Part shown: piece by piece, positions 60,665 to 64,000 of the stretch | Numbering within the stretch: position 1 is the stretch's first letter | How the letters are laid out: every line of letters starts with the position of its first letter | Virus record (IMG/VR): IMGVR_UViG_2648501802_000002 | Origin: a virus | Taxonomy: Duplodnaviria; Heunggongvirae; Uroviricota; Caudoviricetes | DNA length: 64,000 nt | Strand: one strand, 5' to 3' | Notes under the pieces: generated by a model | Databases searched by the model: none | Seen by the model: the letters and a program-made list of their open reading frames with translations, nothing else | What the model was told of the DNA's origin: nothing | Position numbers and translations under genes: made by a program

Positions 60665-62140
60665 TTAGGAGCGCCAAAAAAAACCTGAAAACAATATAAT
60701 AACAGGATAAATTTCAAGGCGACCAAGAATCATAGCTATGCACATTAAACATTTTGCAATGTCATTAAGCACTCCGAATGACGATGCAGTAGCCCCAAAA
60801 CCTAATCCCATATTATTAATACATGCAGCCACTGTTGCAAATGATGTAAGAAAATCATATCCCATACCATTTAACACCAGTATAAAAAACACCGTGAAGA
60901 GAGTATAAAGAAAAAAGAAACTCCATACAGACCTCATTACACGATCTGTAACTATCTTCCCTCCTACATTTACACTCAACAACGCTCTGGGATGAGAAAG
61001 CTGATTTATCTCGTGTTTGCTTTGTTTGAAAAGTATAAGAAATCGAAGTGACTTAATTCCACCACAAGTTGAACCTATACATCCCCCAAAGAAACTTGAC
61101 AACAGCAAAAACACTATCGTGTGCGTGGGCCAACTTGCATAATCCTGCGTAGCTAAACCATTATCAGTGAGCATGGAGCTGGCAAGAAAAAACGAATGAA
61201 TAAAACTTCCATGCAAGTCATACATACCTATATGCCAGACCTGGAAAGAGGTAACAATGATCACCCCTAAGGCTATTAACAGAAAGAAACGAAGTTCAAT
61301 ATCTCTGATTAAAGGTTTTATCGTTTTCCTGCTAATAACAATATACCAAAGAGTGAAGTTGAAAGCCGATAGCAGGGAAAAAGAACCAGCCACCAGCTCA
61401 ACCAAATAGTTATTAAAATATCCGATACTCTCGCTATGAGTTGAGAAACCACCAAGCGAAACTGTGGAAATCCCGTGACAAATAGCATCAAACAAAGGCA
61501 TTCCTGCAAGTCTATAACAGACAATACAAGCAATACCTAATAAAGAATAAGTTATCCACAGTGTCCGTGACGTATCGGCCAGGCGGGGAGTGAGTTTGTC
61601 ATCCTTAAATGGCCCCGGCATTTCTGACTGATAAAGCTTTGCACCACCAATACCCAATAATGGCAATACAGCAACCGCCAGAACAATAACTCCTAAACCA
61701 CCTATAAAATTTAACTGTGACCGATAGTACAAATATGCCCGAGGTAATGAACTAACATCATCAATTACAGTTGCTCCTGTTGTTGTTATTCCAGAAACCC
61801 CTTCAAACAGAGCATCAATGAACGTTAAATTAAGTTCTGAGTCAATCCATAAAGGGAATGCACTAATAACAGAAAACAAAATCCAAAACATTACAATTAT
61901 AATAAACCCATCACGGGTACGTAATTGAATGCCAGATTTCTTAGTTGTATACCACGCTCCGCCACCAATGCAAAAAAATATAACGAAAGTTATAAAGAAA
62001 ACGAACAGGCTTTTTTCTTTATAAAACAATGCTACAACCATTGGTGGCAACATTGAAAGACTATAGAGCCAAACCAGGAACCCACACATATGAGTAACAA
62101 CTCTTACATGAGATGTATTCATATCTAAATATTCTTTCAA
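60665..62140 (-). CDS. trkG: TrkH/TrkG-family potassium uptake membrane protein (Rac trkG-like cargo)
   Basis: 491-aa polytopic membrane ORF, AT-rich; N-terminus MNTSHVRVVTHMCGFLVWLYSLSMLPP as I recall for E. coli TrkG; sits between lysis cassette and packaging genes as in Rac. Confidence 0.8.
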   Translation of the reverse strand: MKEYLDMNTSHVRVVTHMCGFLVWLYSLSMLPPMVVALFYKEKSLFVFFITFVIFFCIGGGAWYTTKKSGIQLRTRDGFIIIVMFWILFSVISAFPLWIDSELNLTFIDALFEGVSGITTTGATVIDDVSSLPRAYLYYRSQLNFIGGLGVIVLAVAVLPLLGIGGAKLYQSEMPGPFKDDKLTPRLADTSRTLWITYSLLGIACIVCYRLAGMPLFDAICHGISTVSLGGFSTHSESIGYFNNYLVELVAGSFSLLSAFNFTLWYIVISRKTIKPLIRDIELRFFLLIALGVIIVTSFQVWHIGMYDLHGSFIHSFFLASSMLTDNGLATQDYASWPTHTIVFLLLSSFFGGCIGSTCGGIKSLRFLILFKQSKHEINQLSHPRALLSVNVGGKIVTDRVMRSVWSFFFLYTLFTVFFILVLNGMGYDFLTSFATVAACINNMGLGFGATASSFGVLNDIAKCLMCIAMILGRLEIYPVIILFSGFFWRS

Positions 62141-62259
62141 TTATAACCACCTTGCTGCAATATTATGATTATACTGTATAAAATTTAACTCCTCTTAGAT
62201 CTTACTTCACTGTTCCTTATGAAACAATCATCAAAATGAATCATATTGTAGTTAAGATT

Positions 62260-62724
62260 TTACTTTAAACACTGCTCGGTTATGTATTGCTGAGCACCTT
62301 CAAGTTGGGCCTGCATCATTACCAGTCGTTCCCGGAGGGTGAAATAATCCCGTTCAGCGGTGTCTGCCAGTCGGGGGGAGGCTGCATTATCCACGCCGGA
62401 GGCGGTGGTGGCTTCACGCACTGACTGACAGACTGCTTTGATGTGCAACCGACGACGACCAGCGGCAACATCATCACGCAGAACATCATTTTCAGCTTTC
62501 GCATCAGCTAACTCCTTCGTGTATTTTGCATCGAGCGCAGCAACATCACGCTGACGCATCTGCATGTCAGTAATTGCCGCGTTCGCCAGCTTCAGTTCTC
62601 TGGCATTTTTGTCGCGCTGTTCTTTGTAGGCGATGGCGTTATCACGGTAATGATTAACACCCCATGACAGGCAGACGACGATGCAGATAACCAGAGCGGA
62701 GATAATCGCGGTTACTCTGTTCAT
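62260..62724 (-). CDS. Rz: Spanin inner-membrane subunit Rz
   Basis: [55 protein letters not shown]... near-identical to lambda Rz; start set at MNRV. Confidence 0.8.
   Translation of the reverse strand: MNRVTAIISALVICIVVCLSWGVNHYRDNAIAYKEQRDKNARELKLANAAITDMQMRQRDVAALDAKYTKELADAKAENDVLRDDVAAGRRRLHIKAVCQSVREATTASGVDNAASPRLADTAERDYFTLRERLVMMQAQLEGAQQYITEQCLK
62319..62504 (-). CDS. Rz1: Spanin outer-membrane lipoprotein subunit Rz1 (embedded in Rz, +1 frame)
   Basis: 61-aa ORF with lipobox LVVVGC and proline run [15 protein letters not shown]. Confidence 0.75.
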   Translation of the reverse strand: MRKLKMMFCVMMLPLVVVGCTSKQSVSQCVKPPPPPAWIMQPPPDWQTPLNGIISPSGNDW

Positions 62725-63218
62725 TGCTGACCCCACAAACAGATTTCACGCTCAATCTCACGACGAGTCATGAGACCTTTCCATTGCTTACCGCCAGCAT
62801 ATGTCCAGCGACGTAGCTGATCACATGCGCCTTTGATATCGCCCTGGTTTATTTTGCGAAGAAGCGTCGATGTTCTGAAATTGCCAGCACCCACGTTGTA
62901 AACGAATGAGTAAAGAGCGCCGCGCGTTGTTTCCGGTATATCGACTTTGATGTACGGGTTAATTTGTCTGGCGACCGTGGCAAGGTCTTTATTCAAGAGT
63001 GTTTTGCATTCTGCTTTGGTATACGTTTTACCGAGCATGATGTCTTTTCCTGTATGCCCGTGACATACAGTCCATACACCAACAATATCTTTGTATGGTA
63101 TGTAGCTGACACCTTCCAGACCATCGTTACCACTTGGGCCAGTGATTAACACTGATGCTATAGCAATTGCTCCGCCACCAATAGCAGCAGCAACGACTTT
63201 TCGTAATGATGGAGGCAT
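62721..63218 (-). CDS. R: P21 R-type SAR endolysin (GH24 lysozyme)
   Basis: 165-aa ORF; [27 protein letters not shown] signal-arrest-release domain and lysozyme core; matches remembered P21 R. Confidence 0.85.
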   Translation of the reverse strand: MPPSLRKVVAAAIGGGAIAIASVLITGPSGNDGLEGVSYIPYKDIVGVWTVCHGHTGKDIMLGKTYTKAECKTLLNKDLATVARQINPYIKVDIPETTRGALYSFVYNVGAGNFRTSTLLRKINQGDIKGACDQLRRWTYAGGKQWKGLMTRREIEREICLWGQQ

Positions 63219-63433
63219 TATTCACCTCTCGCAGCCTTGCGCTTATCTTCTTTAATCTTGAAATAAAGGTTTGTCAGGTACGTCAGCAGGCCAAATACCA
63301 GACTACCCAGCACACCGATTGCAGCCCACTGTGACGGAGTTACTCTATCGAGCAACTGTAAAAACCAGTAGCCAGCACTGCCTGCGGAGGTGCCGTAGGC
63401 AATGCCTGTTGAAATTTTGTCCATGGATTTCAT
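63218..63433 (-). CDS. S: Pinholin S21 (dual-start holin/antiholin)
   Basis: [71 protein letters not shown], 71 aa; dual-start MKSMDK; matches remembered S21. Confidence 0.8.
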   Translation of the reverse strand: MKSMDKISTGIAYGTSAGSAGYWFLQLLDRVTPSQWAAIGVLGSLVFGLLTYLTNLYFKIKEDKRKAARGE

Positions 63434-63535
63434 AGCCTCACCTCCGCACGGAACGGATGGCATAGTTATTATGTGTAGGCTTTCAGACACATCAATCAGA
63501 GCCTTAATTGATATATATGCTGGAGACGATGCAAT

Positions 63536-63562
63536 ATAAAAAGCTCGCCGTAGCGAGCTAAT
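63536..63562 (-). terminator. Candidate intrinsic terminator upstream of lysis cassette
   Basis: Minus-strand hairpin AGCTCGC-TACG-GCGAGCT followed by TTTTTAT. Confidence 0.4.
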
Positions 63563-63684
63563 AAAATGTATTTCTCTGATATTATGTTTATTTGTATTAG
63601 CTCAGACTTGACATCACAGGTTTCGTATATAGAACATCATCAAATCTGTCAGTTTGCTATGAATGAGATATAGTAACTGAAGAG

Positions 63685-64000
63685 CTAACCTCGCATGTCA
63701 AAGCCAGATTTCTGAAAATCTCTGTAGACTTCCGGATTGTTGAAGGCCGGAAATTTGGCTTTATGAGCTGCGGACTTTATCGCTTCGCAATAGGCTTTAT
63801 CACCGTTACTGGTAGATATTTTTAACGCCGTACCATCCTGAGAGAATTCCATATGCAACCTGCATTTTTTCCCTTTCCAGTTATGCGGCTCATCAAGTTT
63901 GGCATTAATTGCAGCTCTGATTCCCCGCGCTTGCGCCCCCCATTCATCCTGATCATCCCAGCGTCCTGAACTGCAACTACCTGTAGCAGTAGTTTTGTGG
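63685..64000 (-). CDS. Partial ORF (3' end only; 5' end beyond window), TolA C-terminal-domain-like protein
   Basis: Minus-strand frame reads ...NWKGKKCRLHMEFSQDGTALKISTSNGDKAYCEAIKSAAHKAKFPAFNNPEVYRDFQKSGFDMRG-stop (stop at 63685-63687); weak resemblance to TolA domain III. Confidence 0.3.
   Translation of the reverse strand, partial: HKTTATGSCSSGRWDDQDEWGAQARGIRAAINAKLDEPHNWKGKKCRLHMEFSQDGTALKISTSNGDKAYCEAIKSAAHKAKFPAFNNPEVYRDFQKSGFDMRG

Overview
This window reads as a mosaic prophage region of an enterobacterial (E. coli-like) genome, not as one coherent phage. No search tools were available: all homology calls are from reading the supplied translations against remembered family motifs, GC statements are by eye, and P1 gene names rest on remembered gene order and protein sizes (only Lyz, S21/R21, Rz/Rz1, TrkG, SSB, lom and the lambda J/I/K/L/M/stf/tfa products were recognised at sequence level). 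Three blocks are visible. (1) 1-2600: a serine recombinase remnant with an in-frame stop, plus a three-gene minus-strand cluster (ester cyclase-like, GlxA-type regulator, MBL-fold hydrolase). (2) About 2700-37550: a P1-like segment. It carries ref, a split darB-like methyltransferase/helicase, portal- and protease-like genes, a P1 Lyz-type SAR endolysin, ssb, the darA-operon set (lydA, lydB, hdf, darA, ddrA, ddrB by order and size), and a myovirus-type tail block (sit-like transglycosylase, baseplate genes, R, S fibre). The immunity, pac and replication functions are not in the window. This segment is interrupted by cargo: an AT-rich YdiV-like EAL gene with a GadX/AppY-like regulator, a tnpB-only IS200/IS605 element, an apparent 5' fragment of a group II intron, and an AT-rich hexapeptide acetyltransferase where cin would be expected. 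(3) 37556-64000: a Rac/lambda-like late region on the minus strand, with a P21-type lysis cassette (S21, R21, Rz/Rz1), trkG cargo, packaging and head genes, lambda-like tail genes V, G/T with an A-AAA-AAG slip site, H, M, L, K, I, J, lom, and a truncated stf that abuts the P1-like block. Several genes are broken by single-base indels, mostly at homopolymer runs, which could be sequencing artefacts rather than decay. No rRNA, tRNA or CRISPR array was recognised. I found no single clearly undescribed system; the best candidates for follow-up are the DUF2829-containing cargo pair next to ssb and the EAL/AraC pair sitting where P1 carries res-mod.
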